The translations under genes and the position numbers were made by a program. DNA of 63,184 nt, filler included, from Octopus bimaculoides (lineage: Eukaryota), in the NCBI RefSeq assembly GCF_001194135.2. It is 5 parts of 4 records of this genome, joined end to end, with 100 filler letters (N's around TTAATTAATTAA, not from the genome) between each part and the next. Parts side by side here need not be neighbours in the genome. Positions count along the whole stretch, not along the records: positions 1 to 5,910 come from NC_068981.1; positions 6,011 to 12,171 come from NC_068986.1; positions 12,272 to 28,839 come from NC_068990.1; 2 more parts are not named here. One strand, 5' to 3'. The notes beneath the pieces are model-generated. The model made no database searches and was not told where the DNA came from. It was given only the letters and a program-made list of their open reading frames with translations. Shown here one piece after another: positions 1 to 12,479 of this stretch (position 1 is its first letter; every line of letters begins with the position of its first letter).

Positions 1-519
1 TTGAAGTGATTTCCATGATTGGTGAAATGCTTAAAATAATATTGGTCATTGTGCTACTGTATAAGTATTTTTAATATATTTTCATCACCACATAAAATAT
101 ACTACACTAAGCTATTAAATATATTACACTAAAAGTATTAAAAATCGAAGGGAAACAACTCTATTAAGTTTATGCAAGAGTTAGTTTCCATGAAATGTCT
201 GCGAAATAGAATTTATTGAAACTTGATTTTTTGTATGTTACTTTATATATTTTTGTGGTGCTAATTCGAAATATCAAAAACGCTCTTTCCTATTACCTAA
301 GGTTTTTTTCATACGGTAGACAAAATCTACATACGGTAGACAAAATGGAACTAATAGAAATGAATTTGGCGCTGTAGTTAGCAAAATAAAATGGTACGAG
401 TGCAATTGAAAGGTGAGAAAATAAATTTATACAAGGTTTCTGTTCATTTTTTTTTAGGTTTAGCATTTTTTTTTTTTTTTTTTTCACTTGAAAACTATGC
501 TTGGAACTCTCATTTGTAA

Positions 520-1600
520 GCATTTGATGAACATTGACGAAGCAACACTAGTCAGCCATCATTTTGACATTCCATCTTTCCTTGTAATCTTCTTTCCATT
601 CCTTTATGTCTTGATGAAACTTTTCCCTCTGTTCCTCACTCACCTCACTTCCAGATTTTCCAGAAAAAATTCGTAATGGGCATGTAAGAAATTTACTGCA
701 ATACTTTTCCAACATTCTTCTCACTTTGTCTTTGTAGTTTGGATTCTTGTGATTATCCAAGAAGTTATTCATCACATGTTTAAAACTAATCCATGCATCT
801 TTTTCAGAATCACTGAGATAGTTTTCAAACTTTTTAATCTTTGACAAGTTTCCTTATATCCAGTCCTACAAATACATTCTCTTCAGCCATGGCACCTGAT
901 AGAACAGGAAACTTGCTATGAAAATATTCAAAGCCCTTTCTAGCATGTGACAAAACTTTTTGCAAATTGCTTCATTGCCAAGTTTTATATGTAGAGGCGG
1001 CAAAAGAACCTTTTCAGATCAACCAAACTTTCTCTAAGGTTGTTCTTTGTTCCTAATATAAATGTATCCCTCTTTGGCCATTATGTTTTAGATCAATGAG
1101 AGGTTCCTGTTTCTGCTGTCCCATTTACACAAGAAACAAAGAAAGTTTGACAAGACTGGTTGTTGTCCAAGCAACATGCAAATTATTTTGTAGTCACTAC
1201 AAAGCGCAAGTTGTGATCTTTGAATTTAATCTTGTGTAAAACTAACTCCAAATTTTCATGTTTTCTTCATGATCACTGAGTGTCCAACATGGATGGAAGC
1301 ATATTTATTACCATTATGCAATAGAACAGCTTTAAGACTTCTCTTGGACGAATCAATAAAGAGTCTCCATTCATCAGGGCTGTAACTTATGCCAAATTTT
1401 CCTATTAGTCCACAAGGATCTGTACAATACACCTAACCATTTTCTTGAGCAAAATAAGGAACACATTCTTTTTTGTGATTACTCATAAGAAGGACTGTAT
1501 CTGATGTATCCGTTTCCTCACATTCAGTTTCAAAGATTGAGCAAATGTCACAGGCATTACTCTTCTTCCTCTAACTCAGCTTTGAAAATATTGCATCGCT
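520..1600 (-). pseudogene. Decayed DNA-transposon transposase, Chapaev3-type (CMC superfamily)
   Basis: Manual minus-strand translation gives VYCTDPCGL...YSPDEWRLFIDSSKRSLKAVLLHNGNKYASI, FLCFLCKWDSR, KVLLPPLHIKLG, VFVGLDIRKL, EKDAWISFKHVMNNFL and EEQREKFHQDIKE...WNVKMMAD*C. These blocks are in the order I recall for Chapaev3-like transposases, and are broken by stops and frameshifts. The family name is from recall. Confidence 0.8.
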
Positions 1601-1800
1601 ATTTAATTTTATTTATCACTTTACTGTTACTGGCACATTTATGCTGTTTCCATAGTTACAGGGCCCCTGGGGGAAATTTGGCAAGGCATAGAATGAGACT
1701 GATTTTGAGTGCTGGGAAAGGAAAGTTCTCTGAAATGTTTTCTAAGGTTCTTGAAAAATTTTCTTTTTATTATATTTCTTGTGAAAAATTTTATTAATAT

Positions 1801-1984
1801 AGGCTCAGGAGTGGTTGTGTGGTAAGTAGCTTGCTTACCAACCACATGGTTCCGGGTTCAGTCCCACTGCATGGCACCTTGAGCAAGTGTCTTCTACTAT
1901 AGCCTCGGGCCGACCAAAGCCTTGTGAGTGGATTTGGTAGACGGAAACTGAAAGAAGCCCATCGTATATATGTATATATATATT

Positions 1985-2031
<47 letters not shown>

Positions 2032-2212
2032 GTGTGTGTGTGTTTGTGTGTCTGTTTTTGTCTTTCAGCCATCGCTTGACAACTGATGCTGGTGTGTTTA
2101 TGTCCCCGTAACTTAGCGGTTCGGCAAAAAGAGGCTGATAGAATAAGTACTAGGCTTACAAAAATAAGTCCTGGGGTCGATTTTCTTGACTAAAGGCAGT
2201 GCTCCAGCATGG
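1801..2212 (+). mobile_element. tRNA-headed SINE family A, full-length, with internal (TA)n(TG)n
   Basis: AGGAGTGGTTGTGTGGTAAG head, GGTTCAGTCCC B-box-like motif, CACCTTGAGCAAGTGTCTTCTACTATAGCC body, internal microsatellite, 3' half ending GACTGAAACAAGTAAAAGAG. About 15 related copies in the window. Confidence 0.85.
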
Positions 2213-3027
2213 CCACAGTCAAATGACTGAAACAAGTAAAAGAGTAAAAGAGTAAATATGTTTCTCTAACAGGGTCCCTGAAAGAAAATTAGCAAGGGGT
2301 AAAACAAGACTACTTTTGAACTCCAGGATAGAGGAGGAGTTCCTCTACATTTAATGCTTTATGTTTTGTTTTTAGTTTTGGTTTTTGAGAGTTTAGGTTT
2401 GTTTTGTTTTTGTTTTTGGGAGAGGGGGTATTTTTTTATTAGGGAAGCTCTCAGAACCACCCCTTCTTGTATATGCCCTGTCTACTAATACTAAATAAAT
2501 CTCTTTTCCATGAGTTGGATATTTTACGAATTCTAGATGCTTCTATATTTATCAAAATGAATGAGAAACTGCAGTATGAAATTTAACAAATATTTCAAAC
2601 CAAGAATCAAACAAAGAGGGACAAACTGTAATTAATATTTTGGAACAAATAGTTTTTCAACTAAATACTCATACAATTGCTAGCCAATCATGTTATAAGA
2701 GTGTGTTCCTTACTTTAAACCATGTGCACACTCCCTGTTTCTGTTGTGGTCACCACTAAAACCTAAAAACATAGAAATAACAAGGACTATTTTTCATCAT
2801 TTCATGCATTTTGTAAACAAGCTAGAGGAACTTGTTCTTAGCACTCTAATTATTTTCAAAGGGAATGTGCAACATACCTAAACTGCAACCAAACACCACA
2901 TTTGATTAACCACTACATGTCAACAACTTAGCAGTGTGGTATATGTTGAATGCTCAGATCCAATCTATTGACTGGACCTAGTCATTTAACAAATCACTCA
3001 TGTACTATAGATTCTTTTTTTTTTTTT

Positions 3028-3250
3028 TTTTGCCCACAACGGGCTAAACATAGAGGGGACAAACAAGGACAGACAAAGGGATTAAATCGGTTATACCAAC
3101 CCCAGTGCATAACTGGTACTTAATTTATCGACCCCGAAAGGATGAAAGGCAAAGTCGACCTCGGTGGAATTTGAACTCAGAACGTAATGGCAGACGAAAT
3201 ACCGCTAAGCATTTCGCCTGGCATGCTAACGTTTCTGCCAGCTCCCCACC
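3028..3250 (-). mobile_element. tRNA-headed SINE family B (tail variant 2)
   Basis: Reverse complement reads GAGCTGGCAGAAACGTTAGC...GAGTTCAAATTCC...GTCGACTTTGCCTTTCATCCTTTCGGGGTCGATAAA, the same as the plus copies at 16746 and 41700. Confidence 0.85.
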
Positions 3251-3379
3251 TTCTGTACTCGCCACCTCATGTACTATAGATTCATGGGTCTCTGAAAGGT
3301 GGTAGTCCTCTTGAAATTCAAAGAAGAAGCTGTAGATTTTTTTGTTTCTTTTTTTTTTTAAGGGAGTAGGGCCAATAGA

Positions 3380-3960
3380 TAGTCATGAACTCTACCTTTG
3401 TTCTCCAGGTCACCCCAGACCAATATGCAGGCCAAACCATTCTCATTGATGATTCAATGCAGTCTTTCCCACAATACTCATTGTCCATTTAAATGACATT
3501 TACATGACATGTCCGCAGCAGCACAGTTATCTCTTTGCCTACTTAATCTGACACATTTAATACCTGCCTGGTCTTCCTTGTACTCTACTTTCTTAATGTT
3601 GCAATCCAGTAGATTATGTTTGCCTTGTTTCTCTCAGACTTCTTCAGATCTTTTGCATTTAATGCCCATGATTCACTACCATACAACTTCACATTTTTTA
3701 TGCTTGGTTCATACTATCTGCTTACCTTTTGTACTGAATGAGAAAGTTTTTATGACCAACAGAAATAGAGAGGCAACAACACATGTCAATGCAAGAGTCT
3801 TCGTATTGTCATTTAACCTGCTAGAAATATTGGCTAAACCTCTTTCAAAATCCATGTTACTATCTTTATTCAGACACAGTGCAACCTGTCCAATACTATT
3901 CGTTTAATCACCTTGATAATTAACATAGCTGAGACCATACTGCAGATTCAATGTTCTTCC
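3380..3960 (-). mobile_element. Degenerate RTE-clade LINE, 3' part of the ORF
   Basis: Minus translation contains FSFSTKGK...KLYGSESWALNAKDLKKSERN, matching the LxYGSETW motif C-terminal of the RT in RTE LINEs. Frameshifted. Confidence 0.65.
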
Positions 3961-4359
3961 TTATTTTGAAGATTGTCAGCAGTATCATTTGAGGGCGATT
4001 TGGTTGTTTTTGCAGGGAGAGTGACTATACAATGGTTTCCTTGAACAATGAAAGTTTCAATTTGTAAGTTCTTTGATTCAGTAGTAATGCTGATTAAATA
4101 TTGTAGATTGTGCTGTTGTTGTTGTGGCTGCTTCTGTTGCTGCTGTTGTTGTTGTTGTACAGACCAAAGAGGAACCTGACTGAGTAGACATATGATCGAA
4201 GTAGTTTTTATCTGTGGTAATCACATCCTTCATATGTATGTATGTATATCCAAATGTATAAATATATTTTTATGTACAAGTGTAAATATGTATGTGTGTG
4301 TTTATATTTGTATTTGTGTGCCTATTTTGCATGAATGTATGTGTGTGTGTGTCCTGAGT

Positions 4360-4560
4360 ATGACTCTAAACTGCATCCAGTCGTGAGTATCTGGCTTGGG
4401 ACTTCCAGGATTTGAAGAGTGTGGAACCACCTCATAGTTATTATTGTTCCTTGGTTTACTCTGACCTGGAGTACTAACACCTGTCAGGGTCCCAGCTATG
4501 GGATAACCAGCATATGTGATGCTATTCCATTTGAGGATAGGAACATAAAAATACCTATGT
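4360..4560. repeat. Degenerate interspersed repeat fragment
   Basis: ACTCTGACCTGGAGTACTAACACCTGTCAGGGTCCCAGCTATGGG resembles a common dispersed repeat I recall from octopus sequence. Only one copy in the window. Confidence 0.35.
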
Positions 4561-5954
4561 TTGGTATCAGGGTGTAAAATTACTGGGAGTTAGGAACCCC
4601 TAGCTGTTGTTCATGGCATCCTTCTTGGGGAAGGGCACTCTAATGTAAAATCTGCAGTTTCCCCAAGTCATCTCACTTTGGTCTGTCACTAGGTACTAAT
4701 GACAGAGACTCAGAGAGTGGTACTTGTGTTTATCGCTATCATCCAAGGAACTACAGATGTCTCTTTATGGTGAACTCATTTGTCATTCTGTTACAGAAAG
4801 TCCTTATGGTGATAGAAGATTGGTTATGTTTACGGAAGCACACAATAATTACTTTTGTCAACCATGCTTCAAACCATGCAGATCTACAATGGGACTAAAC
4901 AGTTATCTGAAAGGTCTTGGATGGAAAGTCAAAAATGCCATTGACAGTGAGGAAACACAAAGAGATAATATTCATCAGTGAAGATGGAACAAACACCATT
5001 TACGTATATGGTGAGACCTGACCCTATTCATTCTCAATTTTTCATTTCATTTTTATTCAATTCACATCACAGAGTTCTCCCCCTTGTATTTCTTAAAGAG
5101 GAAATTTCCATTAATGTAAATGACATTTTTTCCAACGTAGTTTTAATTTCAATTAATTAAAACTTATTTTTGGCTCCCTTGACTAAGAATGTGAGCTAAT
5201 ACGCAAATATTTAACGATTAATTATATGCTGATAAAATACTGTGCCAGTCAAGAACGAGGATTGACGTAATCAACTTATCTTCTTCCCTCGAAATTTCAG
5301 GCCTTTGACCCTACAACAGACCAGCATCCCATTCAGAGAGAATGTTGTGATCTCAGTCACTTATATGCCATGGAAACAGGACGGCTGACCTTATGATCCT
5401 CTAGCTCATGAAGAACAATTATATGTTAGAGAGTAGATTCCTTACTCATCAAAATAAAACTGGTCTTCACAATCATCTGCCAATCTTTTTCTACAGGTAG
5501 TAAATACTTAATGTGGCTCTTATGCCCATCTGAGTGACAGATTGACAGTTGGTTGGTTGGTTGGCTGGTTGGTTGGTTGGCTGGTTGGTTGGCCGGTTGG
5601 TTGGATGGATGAATAGATGGATGGATGGATGGATTAATAGCTTTCTGCAATTTCATTTCTCTTCATTCCTTGTACTGTGACTATAACAAAGTATACACAT
5701 CTTGGTGTTTGAACCAGAGCTGTGCAGCAAACCAGGCATAAACTGGCCAGTTGGGAAGGAGCCTATGATTTTTGAGGAAACCTTCATTTATCAATTAAAG
5801 GCAATGGAAGGATTCTATGGTGAAGAATTAATTTTTTTATAAATAGTTCCAATTCATTTATTCTGTTCTGTTACTTAAAAGTGTATCATATACTCCACAT
5901 TTACATGTATNNNNNNNNNNNNNNNNNNNNNNNNNNNNNNNNNNNNNNNNNNNN

Positions 5955-5966
5955 TTAATTAATTAA
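5955..5966. other. Assembly gap linker TTAATTAATTAA (also 12216-12227, 28884-28895, 43003-43014)
   Basis: Identical 12-mer, each flanked by 44 N on both sides (100 bp in total). It is palindromic with stops in all six frames, so it is an artificial spacer. Confidence 0.95.
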
Positions 5967-6033
5967 NNNNNNNNNNNNNNNNNNNNNNNNNNNNNNNNNN
6001 NNNNNNNNNNATATATATATATATATACATATA

Positions 6034-6200
6034 TACGACGGGCTTCTTTCAGATTCCCTCTACCAAATCCACTCACAAGGATTTGGTCGGCCCGAGGCTA
6101 TAGTAGAAGACACTTGCCCAAAGTGCCACGCAGTGGGAATGAACCAGGAACCATGTGGTTGGTAAGCAAGCTACTTACTACACAGCCACTCCTGCGCCTA
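6034..6200 (-). mobile_element. SINE family A, 5' half
   Basis: Reverse complement of the head and body; runs into (TA)n and an assembly gap. Confidence 0.85.
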
Positions 6201-6439
6201 TAACTTATTAACTTATTATATTTAATAATTAATCCTTCGTTTCTGTTAGTCAATCTATATCGCCACAAAATCATAGGTTTCTGAGCTTTCCAGTTCCATT
6301 GGTGAGTGTGCCCACATTGTCTTTAACGGTATCGTTTCTATCTTGTTCCCTGAAGTCGTTAAAGAGTGGTGCAGAGTGAGTGTGCTATCCGTTTCTTACG
6401 ATAGCAATGAAGCATCGCGCCAGATCTGATTCTATATGT

Positions 6440-6530
6440 CAACTGTTTTCAATCTCTTTATTGCGATGCATAAACTTTTCCGCTAGTCTCTATCATAAGC
6501 CTTCCTGAAGTCAATGAAGGCGTTTGGGGA
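6440..6530 (-). mobile_element. Short LINE reverse-transcriptase remnant
   Basis: Minus frame reads AFIDFRKAYDR, matching the non-LTR RT motif xFxDxxKAFD. Little context remains. Confidence 0.5.
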
Positions 6531-9289
6531 ATTTCATTAATATTGACACCAATGTATTAGCCGTTCAGCAGCCAACCAGCGGATGAGGCGTAGTCTGTAA
6601 GGATCTACATAATACGTTGTGTTATACAAGACTACATAGTCTTGTATAAGAAAACAGACAATTTGCCATCGAGCCTTTTATTACAGTAATAATGTTAAAT
6701 TATCATTAAAATATCATGGAGAGTATTTAAAAATAATTAGTTATAATCAGCTACATTAGATATTACAATCTCTAGACAAATGGAACACACCTTATCAAGC
6801 ACTTTTCGAAAAGACTAGTTACAATTCCACACAAGTCAGACGTTACAACATACGCATCATCAACCTAGATCTTAACACGTAGCATTATACTGTCGTAGGT
6901 TGTAGTTTCTGCAATTGACTTCTGTACAGCTCTGCAAACTAACGAAACAACAAATTCTAAAATACAAATACATATTAATAGAATTATGTAAATGGTTATA
7001 TACTACTCCGAACTTGAAGGTATTATTGTAAGATTCCTCGAGAATATTATATGTTCATACAAATATAACAAAATCTAGAAAACAGTTTCTGTTATAATAT
7101 TCATTTGCTTNNNNNNNNNNNNNNNNNNGGGGGGGCTACTAAACATAAATGAAAACAAAAACAATACTTAACATGTTGCCTCCAATATATATCACAAAAG
7201 CTAATTAAAATAGGAAATCATCTCTTCCATCGATAATGTACTTGCTGCAGAATGCCATCTGGTAGCATAGCTTGAGAGCAGAATTAAATATTGTAATTTA
7301 AATGTCTCATATAATAGCTCGTCAGTATGTTACCAATATTTAGGAGGTTCAAATGTATTATTACTAAATTTCTAGGTCGTACGAAGCCAGAAAGCTGTTT
7401 AGAAAGAGCGAAAAAAACATGTAAACATGCATTAATTCTCCATCCTATAAGAAAACCAGATAAGCATCATTGCAGGTATATATGTTTCATTCCTACTCTG
7501 ACTACATAATATATATATTCTTGAATGTCACCTAAGAGGATTGGATGCAAATTGTGCTGGAGCTGACAGTGTACAGTTAAAATATTTTGCAAAACATTCT
7601 CTGCATAGTATTTTCAATGTGTAGTATGTGGTTGTCCATGACGTGTATTCGAGCTGTGGTTTATTTTATTAATCATGTAGTTGATACAGTATGTTTTTTG
7701 TAATGCTGTACTGGTTGGTGAAAGTGAATGGTAAACCCTTACAAAAGATGTTAAAAGTGAAGCGTCTCAACTTAATTGGAGAATGCTAGACTGCGACATT
7801 TGTTATCACACCGTCTCATTTCACATGAGCGAGCCAGGGGTATATTTCTAGAAGCGTTTATAATATGCTGTGCAGATAAATCTAGAAATTGGTTTGAGAT
7901 AAAAAATATGGAAATTTCTCATTTAAAAATTGTATCTACAAAAAATATGTATATGGTTTTAAATACAATCGAAGATGAAAAACATTTTATTTTTTATATT
8001 TTCTCATATTTAAATATGTATATATTGATATCAAGTCACGTCTACTTAAAATTCCCTACCAATGTCTGTGATTAAACAAGGAGACAATTGTATTTTAAAC
8101 AAAATGTTTAGAAAATATATTTTTCAACGCAGCTCTTCTTAAAATCTGTTAGTTAAAAATCGTGTTCTCCAACACTAGTAGGTGGTTTCAAATACCGCGG
8201 AAGATAGAAAATTGTTTTTTTCCGCTTAAATTTGTGTATATATTTTTAATATGCAGCATTATATACGATGAATCAAACTGCTGATTTATATAGATTTTAA
8301 AGTATATTCAAACATTAAAAAAAATTAGCAGTTCTATATACATAGCAAGAAACATGAGCAGTTTAGAAATATAAACAAATATATGAATTGCAACGTAAGA
8401 TTTAAATAACATTTTCTAAATATCACAATTTCTTATGTCACAAATATTAACATTATCTATAAAAGTTTCCTGAAATATTCACATATCAAGGAAAGCTAGA
8501 AAAATTACAAATTGACGCATGCATCTACATTACAATGAAAACATACTGAAATAAAATTTTAGTCATAAAAAATAACCACAGAAACACTTGCTACAAATTA
8601 AGTCATTTAACGAAAAAATGTTTTTATATATTTGGCACCCAGGAAATTCCGGGTATCTCTATTAGTTGTCTATTAGTTTTTACCGTGGATAAATCTAGTT
8701 TCTTCTGAGTATGTTAATAGACTACTGCACTCTAGATTTATTCTTGATTTAAGAACAATGAATATGTATCACAGGCTGATTGGTTTGCAAGTTCGGTCGA
8801 TAACTAAATATACAGTTTATTTGTATATGAGTACATCTAGAAATGTACTTTAAAGCAGTTCTTCTAAAGTGAGATACTGCACATTAAAGGTATATCAGAA
8901 GTGGTATATATGATATGCCGTGAGTCTTTTTAATGTACCATTTTAATTCATTGGAACATTTATATTAACATTTCAGTTATTTCAATGTTGTATTAATAAT
9001 GACTTTGTTAAAACAGTATAATTAATCAAACCGATAATTCACCGTATTTTTTTCTTTCATTAACGTGGCTTTCCTTAAATATTCTATTATTTTACTGAAA
9101 TACGTAAGCAGATACAGTGTGTAATTTCAGGAATGCTACGAATTCAAAATAATTGCGAAACATTAATTCGTGCGAGTCTGTTAAAATATAACTCTGGCAT
9201 CGTTAATCACTTATTTGAACAATCGCTAACATATGACAAAACACTTGGGCACAGTTCGAACGTTACCTCAGACTGTAAAACACAATAAA

Positions 9290-9440
9290 TATTGGTTTCA
9301 AATTTTGGCACAATGCCAGCAAGTTCAACGGAAGGGGTGAAATCAATTACATCGATCCCAGTGCTCAATTAGTACTTATTTTATTGACTCAGAAAATGTG
9401 ACTAAGCATTTCACCCGTTGTGCTAATGATTCCGCCAGTG
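9290..9440 (-). mobile_element. SINE family B, degenerate (tail variant 3)
   Basis: ATTGGTTTCAAATTTTGGCACAA...ATCGATCCCAGTGCTCAATTAGTACTTATTTTATTGAC. Confidence 0.7.
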
Positions 9441-9868
9441 CAACACTTTCTAAAAATATTGTAAATACTCCTAGATATGTTAAGCGTACTACATGGTTAA
9501 GAAAACCTTTTTGGATTTAACCTCCTCTGATATTTTTTAACGGTGCTTTCTGTCTTACTTTATGTTCAAGACGCTTGCGTATATATGAGTCTTGTGCTTC
9601 TACAGACAAGAACTATGAATGCAAAGATCTGTTCGATAATCAACATTTCGCTCTGTGTGAAGGTAAGTTATTTTCTTATAAACTTAAGTTTCGAATTCAG
9701 ATGTGAATTTTCTGATATCAGCGAAATATGATCGAAACAGAAATTACTTTTGCGAAATTATGTGAAAAGTTCATATCCCACTAATGTAGAATTGTCAATC
9801 AAACTCACATTTGAAACTAGAAACCCGGCTCTTTCCCTATGTAAATACTGTTTGCCTTGAAACCTCAC

Positions 9869-9968
9869 CTCGTGATGAAATTCTAGTATCGTCGTTGTGA
9901 CCTTCTGTGACCAGTTTTTTCCAACTAGTATGACGAGCACCAGATGCTGTGTCTCAGATTTAGTCTTC
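9869..9968 (-). CDS. Candidate internal exon of an unidentified gene
   Basis: Acceptor TTATTATGTTTTGTTAG, donor GAG|GTGAGG; 100 nt with only one open frame: KTKSETQHLVLVILVGKNWSQKVTTTILEFHHE. No homology recognised. Confidence 0.3.
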
Positions 9969-11890
9969 CTAACAAAACATAATAACCCACCAAGTTGCTG
10001 TGCTTGATAAATTTCTCATATAATCATCAAACAATGGTGCATGTCTACCATAAAAAGATTTGATCGGATGTTAACTCTGTTATGAAGGCTAGATATGTTT
10101 ATCAGTTTATACTCGTAGCTAATTCCTTCATATTGTGAACAACTCTCAGGTTTCTGATGTTCCTCCCTCCGAAGCATTACTGTGCATGCAAATTCTTCAA
10201 GGGCATCATTCACCATTAACCTTCATCTCTTCTGTGGTTCAGGAAGATTTTAAAGTACAAAAGGAAAGGAATCAGAACTGAGAAACTGACAAATATTAGA
10301 TAGCTACACCATCAGTTGAACCTTGAGGTAACGTTTGTCTCCAGCGAGACACAAGTAAATTAAAAATTTATGTATATTATTATGTTATTATGGTTGATTA
10401 AATTTTCTTTGGTACTTTACAATTCATTTGGATGTGGGTCTATGGCCTAACCTACAAACACAAGTAAAATTTGAAAACTGTTGCTGGTAATCTTCGCATT
10501 CTCAATTTGTTTTCCTGCACGTTAATTACACATTGATTGATAAAGTACCAATATAATCACTAATGTCTTTTATATCGACTTAACTTTATACGTACTTATT
10601 TAATAATGAAATGGGTCAGATGTTGTAAGTAATGCAACATTTCAAATAAAACATGGAGATAATAATCTGTGTATGAAGCTTGCAATAACACAAATCAAGA
10701 AATGTGAGTAGAAAGAATATTTTCCATGTAGAAGATCAGACCTATGATTGGTAATAGCAGGTCTTTATAAAACTGACAAGTCGGAGTTAAACCATGTTGG
10801 TTAAGCGAAATAATTGTCTAAACACTCATTATTACTCGGTTCTTTTACGAGACTTTCTATATCTTTGGTACCAGTGTAGCAAAATGTAACACTATTCACA
10901 AATCTCTAGATAAAAAAAAGTCTATATCGATAAATGGATATAAGAACACAGATTCTAGGCTATATACAATGTACCCACTAATGTTACAGATGTGGTAGTG
11001 GATATCTAAAAATATTTAGATTAGTATGTTATAATGGAGATGAAATGTTGATGAGGATAATGTCATTGCAAACAATGTTATTGAGAGGAAAATATTATAG
11101 AGCAGAGTATTTTTTTAGTGTCAGAATAGTAAGAAATGTGGCTTTCAGCTGAGAATGTTTATAAATTGTCAAGTGTTGAAATAAAGAGACTATAAACATA
11201 TTAATCGACATATTAAATATTTGTTTGTCTAACAGCGGTTTTATAATATGATAAGATATCACAGCAAAAAGACAAATCTAATATGACATACCCTACCGAA
11301 CACTTTTCCAAAAGAAGCTCACACGTTTACTCACAGAAAAGAAATTCAGAAAGATAAGCAACAACTCAGAATATGTTCCTGCACTAGAGGTCTGCATGGC
11401 ACCGTAAACAATTAAATGAATTATAATACACAAACATATTATAAACACTGTTACAAAATAAGAATACATTATTTCGAATACATCAAACCAAAAGATAACA
11501 TTGCAACCATCTGCATTTTCAAATACTAAAAACATTAAAATCCAGAAAATGGCTAGAATTTCAATAATTATACAAAATATTTTTTATCTTAAATTTGAAA
11601 CTTCGACACAACCTCATTTCATAATTTGTTCATTCTATGATCAACATTTGTACTATAGATTAATTTGAATACAATTCATTCAAATGAACAGTGTGTTTTA
11701 GTTTATGGCGTAACATGTATAATTGCATCATTGTGGAACAAGTACTAAAGAACTAAAGGCAAAAACCTTCAATTTTGCAGTTCGCAGACAACCTCGGGAA
11801 TGCATGAGAAATTACCAAGAAATTTGCTTCAAAGCTGTAAGAGATTACCCAATATGGCAACCAGATTTGGAGTACTGCAAGTACATATAC

Positions 11891-11933
<43 letters not shown>

Positions 11934-12479
11934 TTCAGTTTTGGGGATTAATAGACATGCGAGTATTTTATTTCGGATAACACAAAAAAAAGCCTAATGA
12001 GTAGATCTGAATGTAAACTCGTGGGATCCATTTGCACATCACGAAATAATTGCTTTAAAGGATATAACCAGTATACCAGCAGGGTATAATATAATTCCTT
12101 AATTAACTCCTACTTACGTTAAAATTAAAATTATCAATATCTACGTGAGAAACTGTACGATATGCAGATGCNNNNNNNNNNNNNNNNNNNNNNNNNNNNN
12201 NNNNNNNNNNNNNNNTTAATTAATTAANNNNNNNNNNNNNNNNNNNNNNNNNNNNNNNNNNNNNNNNNNNNGATATAAACAGTAGCTGCACGACATCCCG
12301 AAGTATATTTGCCACCTAAACGTTTATACTTCGTTCAGAGATTTATTATTGCTTGTTTCCACTTTTTCAAGATCAGTGACTTTTCGTCACTGGAAAAAGT
12401 ATATATATATATATATATATTTACAATTGGAACCACTTCCCATCGCCAACCAGTAGTTGTCACACGCTGATGATTAAAA

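Noticed and set aside
1371-1378. CTGATGA on the minus strand as a hammerhead core (also 4972, 30603, 60378)
   Set aside because: No pairable stem II followed by GAAA and a cleavage triplet; the 1371 site is the PDE codons of the transposase.
1657-2300. Imperfect 28-bp direct repeat (CAGGGCCCCTG...GCAAGG at 1657 and about 2271) as LTRs or a TSD
   Set aside because: About 22/28 identity and not adjacent to the SINE ends; more likely relics of an old MITE end.
5955-5966. Recurrent palindrome TTAATTAATTAA (4 copies) resembling a recombination or piggyBac site
   Set aside because: Always centred in exactly 44+44 N; an artificial scaffolding linker.
9975-10070. OTU-like reading FDDYMRNLSSTATW
   Set aside because: No catalytic Cys or His motifs in flanking frames.
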